A stretch of DNA of 63,873 nt, the filler included, from Lenisia limosa (Eukaryota > Protista > Breviatea): the NCBI GenBank assembly GCA_001655205.1. It is 9 parts of 9 records of this genome, joined end to end, with 100 filler letters (N's around TTAATTAATTAA, not from the genome) between each part and the next. Parts side by side here need not be neighbours in the genome. Positions count along the whole stretch, not along the records: positions 18,895 to 30,619 come from LPNZ01002035.1; positions 30,720 to 32,022 come from LPNZ01000307.1; positions 32,123 to 45,144 come from LPNZ01003229.1; 6 more parts are not named here. The stretch is one strand, 5' to 3'. The translations under genes and the position numbers were made by a program. Of the stretch, positions 23,401 through 33,962 are shown in pieces. The notes under the pieces were generated by a model. That model searched no databases and was not told where the DNA came from. It saw only the letters and a program-made list of their open reading frames with translations. The number at the start of each line of letters is the position of its first letter. The first letter of the stretch is position 1.

Positions 23401-26400
23401 AGAAACAGATACTCCCATCAACAACTGCGTTTATCGAGATGAGACATCAAGAAAATAGATTCTTTAGAACTCAAAATTAATTGATAAGAAACTTCACCAT
23501 TGTGGGACTCTTTATAGTGACCGTTTTGAATACAATGTCTGCCACAGTGTTTGTGAATACCCCCACATCCACCCAATCTTCAAATTGATTTCAGAATAAT
23601 ATTGGACAATGGCATTTATGACAATTTCTGCCTACTCGTGAGGGATCAGAGTGTAGAACATGTTGCAGAGGGACGCCAGAGCTGAAGGATTGAGAGCAAG
23701 TAAAATCTACCTTTAACATAAAAACTAAGGATACACAGAGGGCTTCAAAAAAGACTGAATTTCTCGATAAATCCTCAAATACTACCAGTCTTTTCAACAC
23801 AAGAGTTTTTGAATGTGAATTATAAATGTGGTATTAAGCCACAAATTGCTGTGGATCAAAATGATTTTTCTTCTCTTACATACGCGTTAAATACAGTGAG
23901 AATGAAATCAGTATCTTGACCTTACCTGTCTCTGTAGTGTATATATAAGGGTGGGTAGGTGGTGGTACCGAAAAGCTCCAATCCCTTCACTTTCATTTTA
24001 TTAACATGATAATTGTTTAAACCGACAAATAGAGACAGTAAACTGGTCTATCATGGGGCGGATTGATAGGGGAGAAGTGATTGGGGGGGGGGGGGNNNNN
24101 NNNNNNNNNNNNNNNNNNNNNNNNNNNNNNNNNNNNNNNNNNNNNNNNNNNNNNNNNNNNNNNNNNNNNNNNNNNNNNNNNNNNNNNNNNNNNNNNNNNN
24201 NNNNNNNNNNNNNNNNNNNNNNNNNNNNNNNNNNNNNNNNNNNNNNNNNNNNNNNNNNNNNNNNNNNNNNNNNNNNNNNNNNNNNNNNNNNNNNNNNNNN
24301 NNNNNNNNNNNNNNNNNNNNNNNNNNNNNNNNNNNNNNNNNNNNNNNNNNNNNNNNNNNNNNNNNNNNNNNNNNNNNNNNNTGAGAAACACAAGGATTGA
24401 AAAACAAACCATGCTGAGGATATTCCACAAAAACCCATACAAATAGTAATTTGGAGTACAAAAACGATTAAAAAAAAGACGGGGGAAACCGTCAATCGAG
24501 CATATCATGAGTAGGGCTTCACTTTGGTTCGAAAAAAGAATGATTTATCGATATATCCTCGAAAACTATCGATATTTTACCGATCTTTTTCCAACCGAAG
24601 TGAAGTCCTATAATCCCAACGCACCAACCTTGATAGCGTGCTGGCGGATAAGTTACCAAGAGGCATTTTTCTGACATCAAATTGCAGGTCTCTGAGTGTG
24701 TTCTGGATACGTCAGAATGGAATATATAGCAATGAGAAATAAAAAAGGTGTACCTGGCCGAATGGAATAGACAATACGGATAGGAGTAATAATATATCAT
24801 ATACTATACTATGCAGAAATGAGAAACGAAAAGGTGGGTATCTCACCATCACACCATCACAAAGAGATATTGAAAAAAGTGGGGCAATAATACACTAACC
24901 ATTAATTTAACCTATGTAACGTATTGTTTGCAATGTATTACAGTGGTGAGCGTGTAATAATTAGGGCTTCCCTACGGTCCGAAAAAGACCGGGAAAACAT
25001 CGATATTTATAGAGGATTTATCGAGAAAATCAGTCTTTTTTTGGGCCGTAGGGAAGTCCTAATAATAATAATTCTCAATGCGCACCGAAATAAGGTTGAT
25101 GTTCAAGATGAGCTTCATCAGACGCAAGAGGGGAGGGGGGAGAGTACTGGCAACCTCCTCAACTTCTTTGTTCTCCTGGAAGGTGGGTTATTGCTTCATT
25201 ATAAAAAAACCAAAGATTATTACTTATTTGCTGTCAGGTCAGTTTAATTCGTTTCCTCCTCGAAATTGTACGATTGTTATGCCCCCTCCTCGGGCTCACT
25301 GTGGATACAGACTCCGATTTTTTGCTCATTTCTTTGAAGTCAAGAACCACTGGCGAGTACATACCTATTGACTATTAGTAAGGCTTCACTTCGGTCCGAA
25401 AAATGTCGGTAAACGCAGTGACCGCGATAAGGCTTGACCTATTTTCCTTCATAGCAAATCGGTCAAGACTTATCCCGGTCACGGTATATCGATGATTTAC
25501 CGAGAAATTCATTCATTTTCTGGATCGGAGTGAGGCCAAGCACAATCGGTGATATAATCAAATAAATAATACACACAGCTGTATGCCCAATAGGCCAATA
25601 CCACCTTCGATGTGCGAGGCAATGCGGTCAGATGAATACGCAGTTCCAGTCTTTTGCTCATACCTTAACCATATTATGGCAACTTGCAAGACAACAAATG
25701 AACAAAGCCCAATGCAAATTTTCTTTTCAACAAAGAACTGCGAAAGGCAAGTACCCCTCCTCTTTTGGTTTAAAAAGAGCCAAGACCAACTTTTCCTTGT
25801 ACTCTTCAAGGTATCCGTCAACTCTTTTGGGACCGTGGGTGAAGGACACCATGTTTGGCTCACCTATTAGTAAGTGGAGTAATGTTTTAAATAGTCCTGA
25901 ATTATTCAGCACTAGGGCTTCCTTACGGTCCCAAAAAAGACAATTTCTCGATAAATACTCGATAAATATCGATATTATTCTACCAGTCTTTTTTGGACCG
26001 TAGGGAAGCCCTACTCAGCCAATCACATATTTATGATTATTACGTGAGCATATCACTTTTTGAGTCATTTTCACACATGTAAACTATCATTTTCCACGCT
26101 ATAATAAAATCACAAGTTTGCTTACTTCCCACACGTCCAGAGAGGAAGAGCATTCCATACACTCCATCACAAGTGAGAATGGCTCCCTGGTAGAACCTGG
26201 AGGGGATAAACGAAATATCTGAAAATGGGGGGGGGGGGGGGNNNNNNNNNNNNNNNNNNNNNNNNNNNNNNNNNNNNNNNNNNNNNNNNNNNNNNNNNNN
26301 NNNNNNNNNNNNNNNNNNNNNNGAACCATGTGAGTGATATGCCTCAATAAAACAAGATTATCCAAAAGAGATAGGTGGAAACCAGGCCAACTTATTGATA

Positions 26401-28153
26401 TTAGAAGAGCAGGACGACTGACAGAGCATAAACATGTATACGTCGTCTGCTGTGTGGTAGACCTCCCCTGCAATGTCAAGGAAGGGAGACTCCTTGCAAG
26501 TACTTGTTTACGAAATTATCGAACAAAGTTGACAATTAAAGCAGTTACAATACATGATATGTGAATACTTTGTTTCACTTAACACTTCGCATTATGCGCA
26601 GAATCCTTACTGGAAGGGAAGGTCATATTTCATCTCACCATTTGCTCTAGTAACTTGAAATGTATTGTTAAATACACACTATATACTGATATAATACTGT
26701 ATTTAAAGAAAACATTAGGCCAAAACCATCCAAAACATCAAATTTATGAAGGTTATGGGTTATTTCCCCAAAAATTGGATTGATACTATCTTATTGACGT
26801 AAGAGTCATGGTAACCCACATTTCTTGCTTTCTGTTTGTTTGAGTTTGGGGACAATCTCGTGGTAATCAATGCCATCGTCAATAACAGGACTGTGTAGCT
26901 CAAAGTTAATAACGGGGTTCTGAAGCTCGTAATCTTGCTCTCCTAGAAGGTCAGCTGGAAGACAAACAGAGCCTGGGGACCCTCGCACTTTATTGCTTTA
27001 ACTAACAAGCAGTAAGGTCCCAATATGACAGACTTCCATTTCACCGTCAAATCTTGGTTATGATTTGTGAAATATGTCATGTACATAATCATAATATAAT
27101 ACCAAATGTAAACACTTGCCTCCAAAACACTCCAGCATACCCGACAGTTCAACAGCAGAAGACCAGTATCCAAAATCTCCTCCAGATGTCCTAAAGTGGC
27201 ATGAATTGCATATTGAACATTAAAATGATCAATGAATACTACATTTGCTTATCTTCTAACACTGGTATTGTCCCTCACTCACGTATTGTCTTGGTAGTCT
27301 GAGAATTGCTCAAATGGCTCATCCTGATGAGCACTTTCTATAAATAATGATCAAAGAGTGTGGATCACGATGGCTGGTAATCGCTATTTATGTCCATATT
27401 TCACGTTAGGTACCAGATTACTTATTATTATTATTATTATGACTCATAATCAACTTCACTTTGAATCTGAGAATTTAAAAAAGGCTGGGCGAAATAGTTC
27501 ACAATCAGTTTTGTAAAGATATTACTAATAACAAGAACTCACTTCCGTAATGGTCTGGTCTGACAATGCTACAGCCACGGCAGCAACTGGTCCTATTACC
27601 GGCCTCGAAACAGAAAGAACATGTCCATTCCGCTGTCTGGGGGGGGGGGTGGTTAGATATAATATATCATATAATATCATATAGTATATAGCTAGTATAT
27701 CATATACTATATCAACACGGCTAAACTGTGATGTTATGAAGAACAGAGCTTCTAGTTTCATCATTCATCTATCATCCATATTAACGTTGTTCGGTGTTTT
27801 CGGGACAATATGAAATACAAACAAATAATCAAAACATTATCCAACGACTAGAGCTTCACTTTGGTTCAAAAACCGGTAAAATATCGATAGTTTTCGAGAA
27901 TTTATCGAGAAGTCTATTTTCGAACCGATGTGAAGCCCAACCTACGACTGACTAACGATATCAAAATGCCAAACTATCTGTCATTCAAGTCACCCACAGG
28001 ATTGGAAGGAGAGGCGTAAGACACTGAAGGGGTCATATCGAAGCTGTAAGACTGGGTGTCTTCGTTGGGCAGCGAAAATGACATTGTGGGGTCACTGTGA
28101 CCGGAGCTGACGGTGTCATTGTCAATGACGACTGGAGAAGAAAGCTCGTCCAT
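20487..28153 (-). CDS. Poly(ADP-ribose) polymerase: C4 Zn-finger-like, WGR, regulatory and catalytic domains; spliced
   Basis: WGR (VYMFMLCQS..NINK|FYQGAIL..SGRVG; YEQKTG). Regulatory domain (FDVRKMPLG; NMFYTLIPH|FGSRCPPLL). Catalytic domain LLWHG, GILSQGLRVAPPEAP..|FGKGIYLANTIRKSFDY, LLCTAALG, IDGVPMP..LEMD|EIVVYD. H-Y-E triad present. Start codon tentative. Confidence 0.9.
22107..22195. repeat. Interrupted (CA)n microsatellite in a PARP intron
   Basis: ACACACACATACACACACAC..GACAGACACACACACACA. Confidence 0.85.
22790..23030 (+). repeat. Repeat family B, most complete copy
   Basis: Contains both the GGCGTAAAG.TACTAATCACGAAC module and the CACAAGGGTTGAT.ACAACAAAAACAAACAAAGTCCAGGCC module. 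Confidence 0.8.
24512..24610. mobile_element. hAT-type MITE, subfamily A
   Basis: tagggcttcactttggttcg...ccgaagtgaagtccta; no clear TSD. Confidence 0.82.
24962..25061. mobile_element. hAT-type MITE, subfamily B
   Basis: tagggcttccctacggtcc...gggccgtagggaagtccta; flanks GTAATAAT / ATAATAAT. Confidence 0.88.
25379..25539. mobile_element. hAT-type MITE interrupted by a nested CAGTGACC element (25416-25484)
   Basis: Normal MITE left and right halves are separated by a ~69-bp palindromic insert related to 17735-17812. Confidence 0.7.
25913..26013. mobile_element. hAT-type MITE, subfamily B
   Basis: tagggcttccttacggtccc...ggaccgtagggaagcccta. Confidence 0.88.
27849..27940. mobile_element. hAT-type MITE, subfamily A
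   Basis: Flanks CCAACGAC / CCTACGAC (7/8). Confidence 0.88.
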
Positions 28154-28409
28154 TTTGGCCGCTTGCTTTTCTAACGAGTAAGAATAATATAAAGCTGCTA
28201 AAGACCATGCTAATATGTCTCAAGAAAATGTGACAAGAAATTCTGTCTGAAAAAGTAAAAAAAAACTCTCACTTTTTTCGGTTTTCGATTTGGGAGCCAC
28301 GGGCGGTGATACTAATCAGTTAGCATAGTTCTGTCTGTTGTTACAATTACTACTATACCACGAGGAATGGCAGAAAAGAAGCGTTTTATTCCAGTTAAAA
28401 AGAATCCGA

Positions 28410-30170
28410 CTATATCATATCAATAGAACACATCATTTTGCTCCATGCATTTGATGTATCATTATTATTCTTGCTCAAACCTATGGTGGGCGAAGGTGAT
28501 GAAGGTGTAACGCGTGTAGCGCTGCTTGATCCTGGGTCATAAAAAATAATCAATTTAAGAAGAAATTAATTTCAAAAAAAACAAAAAAAAAATCCCAGGG
28601 TACAAAAAATTAGAAAGAACAGAATCCAAAGGGAGAGCAACCNNNNNNNNNNNNNNNNNNNNNNNNNNNNNNNNNNNNNNNNNNNNNNNNNNNNNNNNNN
28701 NNNNNNNNNNNNNNNCCCTAATAACACAACAGGACCAAATATTCACAAAATATTTCCCAAAAGAACAGAGATTTTTATTTTTAATTCATTGTAACGCTTC
28801 TCTCACAATCTGCATACCTGAACTGGCACTGAAAGCTGGACTGGAAGGGCTGTTACCAGCCGACTTGGGTATATCTTTCGAAGACACATGCTCATTAGGA
28901 AGCCAGGAGAACCCGTCTTTCTTGTTGTGCTTCTTAGCTGAAAATACGATGTCAAGGAAATAAACGTGAAAAGATAAATTGCATAAACTAATGATACTTA
29001 GGCCCATGAAGTGAAGATTTAACCGTAATAGCAAGGGAAATAATTGACAAGGCAAACAAGAGAAATACACTCACTCCACAAACATCTTTTCCCCATTCGT
29101 GTTAACCCTCAATACGGGCAAGTTCCATTAGCTGTTCAAAGAATTGAGAAAAAGCCTTTCGTCAGGTCTTTTTATTGTCAAGGTGGGCCACGGGACACGG
29201 GCTCAGGGCTTTGGGGGAAGGATGGGTTTTGGTTGGAGGAAGGACTTTTATTTTTATCTGTTATTATATAATATTATCATTTAGACAAGAGAAGGGTTGG
29301 GAGGTTGGGAGCTGGGGTTGGAGGAAGGGTTTTAAATAACCAACTAACCTGGGGAAACATCCTGGTATGGTTAATGTGCTCAAAGCTTTCTGTTCTCCCA
29401 GTAAACCTTTAAAATAATACATAATGGTTACATCATATCTAATACAATTGTTGATCTTTGTCTTAGCTCTTGCTGCTGCTTGTGCTTCCCATCTTTCTGC
29501 TTTGTAAGAGGTTTTGGAAGCACCTTTAGTTGTTCACAGTAGTATTATCGTTTAAAATGGATTTTTTACCATAATTTCAGATCATTCCCTGATTCCCACC
29601 ATTCCAGCGCATCCCACAACCTGGTAAGAAAACCCAACTTGTTCATGTTCCGTTTCTTCTCTCCTTCCCCATTTGATTGTTATAGACCCGAGAAGAATGT
29701 AAGCAGCTTGGTTAAGTAAGGGACCTTTTGACACCTTTGGATAATGCAGATTCGCTCCACTTTGATTTTGTTATTTGAGAGGTCTTCTAACCGCTTAGAT
29801 TTATCAGCAGCAATCCTTGTTGAAATCAATGGTCTGGGGGAGCTTTATTTGCGGAAACTATTATGGCGTTTACTCTTTTAATGATACCACCTATTATTAT
29901 TTCTCATCTCTACATATTATATTTGCGGATTTTTACAACAGTGTTAAAGCGCAGGAGTGGTTGCGAACTTCTTGTACTTCTTTGAGTCGCTTAAAGCTCT
30001 AGCATTCAATAATAATCCCAAAACAATCCCAATAGTACTATCCAATCCTTTTTTAATTATTGTTCAACGGATACCACTTCGAACCATTGTTTACCTCTCC
30101 AGAATTGAAAGCCAGTCTAAACCGCCACCAGCGTAAGCAACCCTTTCCGAATATGCTGGAACTATCTTCT
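28410..30170 (-). CDS. 3' exons of an unidentified protein, 5' truncated
   Basis: Phase-consistent chain RFTGRTESFEHINHTRMFPQ|LMELARIE|AKKHNKKDGFSWLP..ASS|GSSSATRVTPSSPSPT..; upstream exons uncertain. Confidence 0.45.
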
Positions 30171-30619
30171 TTCTTTTTATATAACAAGAGAGAGAGAAAT
30201 GAAACATTTGGAAAAAAAAGAAATTATGGGCTTGTACAACCTTGCATGTTGCCCTTTGTTGTTCAGAACCCTTGAGGGGATGATGAGTGTTATCTTAATA
30301 CTCAACACCGTTGTGCTGCATCTGTCATAATCTAACCCTTCAAAGCACATATGACCTTCCATAAATATACACACTTTTTACTATTCTCATTTTGCTGCAT
30401 CAAAGAAATTGTATAAAATCTTTGAGGTTACCGTGCAATATATTACTCTCATCCTGTCTTTAATTTTTTGAGTTCCATATGTGGCTTTGGTTCGGAAAAT
30501 ACCGGTAAAATATCGATAATTTTTGAAGATTTATCGATAAAATCGGTCTTTTTTCGAACCGGTATGAAGCCCTAATTGTGGTGTACTGATTTATCGATCC
30601 AAAGGTTTGACAAGACATA

Positions 30620-30719
30620 NNNNNNNNNNNNNNNNNNNNNNNNNNNNNNNNNNNNNNNNNNNNTTAATTAATTAANNNNNNNNNNNNNNNNNNNNNNNNN
30701 NNNNNNNNNNNNNNNNNNN
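30620..30719. other. Artificial contig-join spacer
   Basis: 44N-TTAATTAATTAA-44N. Confidence 0.95.
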
Positions 30720-31026
30720 CCCCCCCCCCCTGTTTTCCTGACTTTTTTTTTTTAGTTCAAATCCGTCCTACCCAGCAACTTCGCACTCACCTCGACCGAT
30801 AACCGCTCCATGCATTCCCCTCCTGTGGGCTGGGTGTAAATCGTCGAAGATCTGCCATAAACACACTACTATGTTACACACGACGGGAGCATTGACTTGG
30901 GTTATAGAAAGTTAATAGGGAAGTGAACAGGGAAGTTATCAGGACGTTTATGGAAATGTTAATAAGGAGTTAATTGGACGTTTACAGAAAGTTAATACAG
31001 ATACATAGTGCAAAGCATGCACAGAG

Positions 31027-31125
31027 TAGGGCTTCACTTCGCTTCAAACAAAGACTGAATTTCTCGATAAATCCCCGAAACTATCGATAATTTACCGGTC
31101 TTTTTCGAACCGAAGGGAAGCTTTA
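31027..31125. mobile_element. hAT-type MITE, subfamily A
   Basis: tagggcttcacttcgcttc...ccgaagggaagcttta. Confidence 0.82.
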
Positions 31126-31145
31126 TGTATCTAGTATCCCATAGT

Positions 31146-31245
31146 AAGGGCTTCCCTTCGGTCTCAAAAAGACCGTTTAAATATCGATATTTATCGAGGA
31201 TTTGTTGATAAATTCAGTCTTTTTTGGGACCGTAGGGAAGCCCTA
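31146..31245. mobile_element. hAT-type MITE, subfamily B
   Basis: Flanks CCCATAGT / CCCATAAT (7/8). Confidence 0.88.
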
Positions 31246-31463
31246 CCCATAATGTCTCTAGAACCCCATAAATTTCTTCAGATTTTCATTGTTATCACAT
31301 GATCCCATAAGAATCCAAGTAGCGCTTCACTTCGGTACTAAAAACTCTGTAAAGTATCGATAGTTTTCGAGGATTTATCAAAAATTCAGTATCAACTTCC
31401 CAACTTCTTTATAAACGTCCAATTAACGTCCTATTCACTTCCTAGGTCGGAGCAGTCAAGATC

Positions 31464-31953
31464 ATGACACCTCGCAAGCCAAGAGCCCCTAAGGCCGCAG
31501 CAACTAAGTTGGTTTTTCCAGCTCTTTTATTTAGGACTGCCAAATACGGCAGGGACTGTCCTTATGAAGCTTCTCAAATATTGTCCCTACTTACCAAATC
31601 CGGCATATTGTTTGTCTTTACTTACCAAATAGGGCTGTTCGAGCCACCCCAGTCAAAAAGAAGGTCGTGAAGGCACCCACCCCGAAGGTGGGGAGGGGGG
31701 AATAAAACAAATAATAAATAATAATATTAATACTAATAATAATAAAAACAAGGGGAGTATTAATATTCAGAAACCGAAAGGAGCCAAAATTTGTTATAAT
31801 TAGGAAGGATATGCATTACCCATTTCAAATGATTTCACACTCCCCCGCAGGAAGAAACCCCGGAAGTTTCCGACTTTGAAGAGGTATCAGAAGATGATAA
31901 CGAGGTTTTGCCCACAAAGAAAAACCGCAGCTTGAAGAGGAAACGCTCCGATG
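31464..31953 (+). CDS. 5' exons of a Lys-rich, probably nuclear protein, truncated at the spacer
   Basis: MTPRKPRAPKAAATK|..AVRATPVKKKVVKAPTPK|KKPPEVSDFEEVSEDD..RSLKRKRSD. Confidence 0.5.
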
Positions 31954-32022
31954 GTTTGTTTCTCTCTTACCCCCACCCTTAATTGTATTATTTTTTGCAT
32001 ACAAATATCAATATTTCTCTCT

Positions 32023-32122
32023 NNNNNNNNNNNNNNNNNNNNNNNNNNNNNNNNNNNNNNNNNNNNTTAATTAATTAANNNNNNNNNNNNNNNNNNNNNN
32101 NNNNNNNNNNNNNNNNNNNNNN
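32023..32122. other. Artificial contig-join spacer
   Basis: 44N-TTAATTAATTAA-44N. Confidence 0.95.
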
Positions 32123-32158
32123 TATTTTGTAAAGTAGTTTAGCTTTTAAGTACCAAAT

Positions 32159-33508
32159 ATGGCCGATAACATTGATCTCACCAAGCTTCCCATTGAACAG
32201 CTCGACAAAGTCAGAAAACAGATGGAAAAGGTAATAGCATACTTCTGAGCGAGTCTGTCTTACGTAATTCAGGAAGTGCAGTTCCTTCAAACTTCCACCA
32301 ACCAACTCAGAGAAGCAGAGGTACGATCCCCCCTTCTTCAACTTATTTCAATAGATGAGGTTCCTTGCTTCAAAGAGAGCGATCACCAACCTTGGCAAAT
32401 GCTCTGCAGGTAAGAAGATCAAGCAACGCTATTCCTCTCTAATTTTTTCAATAGGTGATCAGACCATGGCACCACTGACTCCTTCTGTGAGCTAAGAGGT
32501 CTTTTTGTTGCACATTTAGTTATACCCTCTCCCCTCCGGAGGCTGGCTTGTTCTACTTGTTTGTGTTTGTGTGGACAATTTTTATTATGGATACGGGCAA
32601 CGTTTAGTTCGCATGATTTTAAACTTTTTTTTTTGTTTTCTATTCTTTTTCAGAGTTGTGGATTGTTGGTTTGTGATTATTACCTTTTGCCTTTGATTTC
32701 CTTCGTGCTACCCCCCCCCCCCATTCTTCATTGGCATTTGTTACTTTACACACTTTTTGAATCAAACTCTTCCTTTATTGTTATTTTAATGTTTTAGCTC
32801 TCTGAAATAGTTGTTGATTCTTTTTTTTTTCTTAACTGTATTCACATTCACAAACATATATTGTTTGTTTTTTTTCGGCTCAAGAATCGCATAAAATGTA
32901 TCTTACATCTTCAGCTCTACGTGCCATCAACACTGAAGGACCCTCAGCATGTGACAGTTGACATTGGAACAGGTTATTATGCCAAAATGGTAGGGAGAAA
33001 AGCAAAGGGAGTTGTATGATAAAGATTCAATCTTCGCAGCTTTTCATTTTAACACACCTAACAACCAGGATATCGAGTCTGCTGAAGGTTTCATGGATCG
33101 CAAAATTGCCAAAAGTGGGGGGAGGGGGTATGTCTGAAGTCGTGCAATTGATAATATTTTTGAACTGGGTGTTCATTTCAAACTGTTTGACAAGCAGGAT
33201 AGGATTATTATTGTAAATGCATAATAGTTATACTTTTAGTTAAGGAGAACAATGAGAAGGTTATTGAAGCACTTGATGCTAAGCAGAAGAACATAGAGGT
33301 GATTTGGGTTCTGCATTTATTATACTCTTTCTAAATCCTTTTGCCCCTGATTTGTTTTGTTTTTTCGATTTCTTATGGGCGAATATCTCAACCTTCTGGC
33401 GTTTGTTTTTTTTATATAACTGAATCTCTTTTTGAATCTGTATTGACTTCTGTTATCCTTCAGGTTCTCCAAATGGTAATCCAACGCAAGGTTCAGGCCT
33501 CAATGTAA
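32159..33508 (+). CDS. PFDN5: Prefoldin subunit 5 (alpha type), spliced
   Basis: MADNIDLTKLPIEQLDKVRKQMEK|EVQFLQTS..|GDQTMAPLTPS|LYVPSTLKDPQHVTVDIGTGYYAKM|DIESAEGFMDRKI..VLQMVIQRKVQASM*. Confidence 0.93.
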
Positions 33509-33779
33509 ATTATTCAGGTTATAGTTTGTGGTTCATATATGTTTCTTAAGTTTCTTCAATAAAGTTCGCGCCCTTGAAGTAAAAATGCAAATGCCAAGCA
33601 AATAACAGGGTATTGGGTTTCAAAAGCGTTATTGGGTGAAAGGGAGACATATCTGGAGCTGGAATTTGCGCTGGTGGTGGGGGGATCATTTCGGGGTACT
33701 CATCCGGGGTGCCAAGTTCTTTTTGCCGAGTAACCCACCGGCAATCGGTTGGCAATCTAGGGAGGATCGGAGGGCGCGC

Positions 33780-33825
33780 TTAAAATTGTGGGGGTGCGCC
33801 TTTAAAATTGTGGGGGTGCGCCTTT
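33780..33825. repeat. 22-bp direct repeat upstream of kinesin-2
   Basis: TTAAAATTGTGGGGGTGCGCCT twice in tandem. Confidence 0.85.
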
Positions 33826-33962
33826 AAGTGCCCTTTACATCAGAGTCGTGTCGCTGCCTTCCTTTTGCAAACTGATTATACTGATATCAATTAATAAATT
33901 AATAAGTAAGCTAGCTTTGTTTCTCAAACCAAAGCTGGGCTTTGCGCTCCCTCCCTTTGACA

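Noticed and set aside
215-24508. Long ORFs in the track that contain X runs (215-709, 1160-1654, 24001-24508 and others)
   Set aside because: They stay open only because N gaps contain no stop codons.
30760-30860. GC-richer block that looks like an exon
   Set aside because: Open in several frames on both strands, with no motif and no neighbouring exons, so the strand cannot be assigned.
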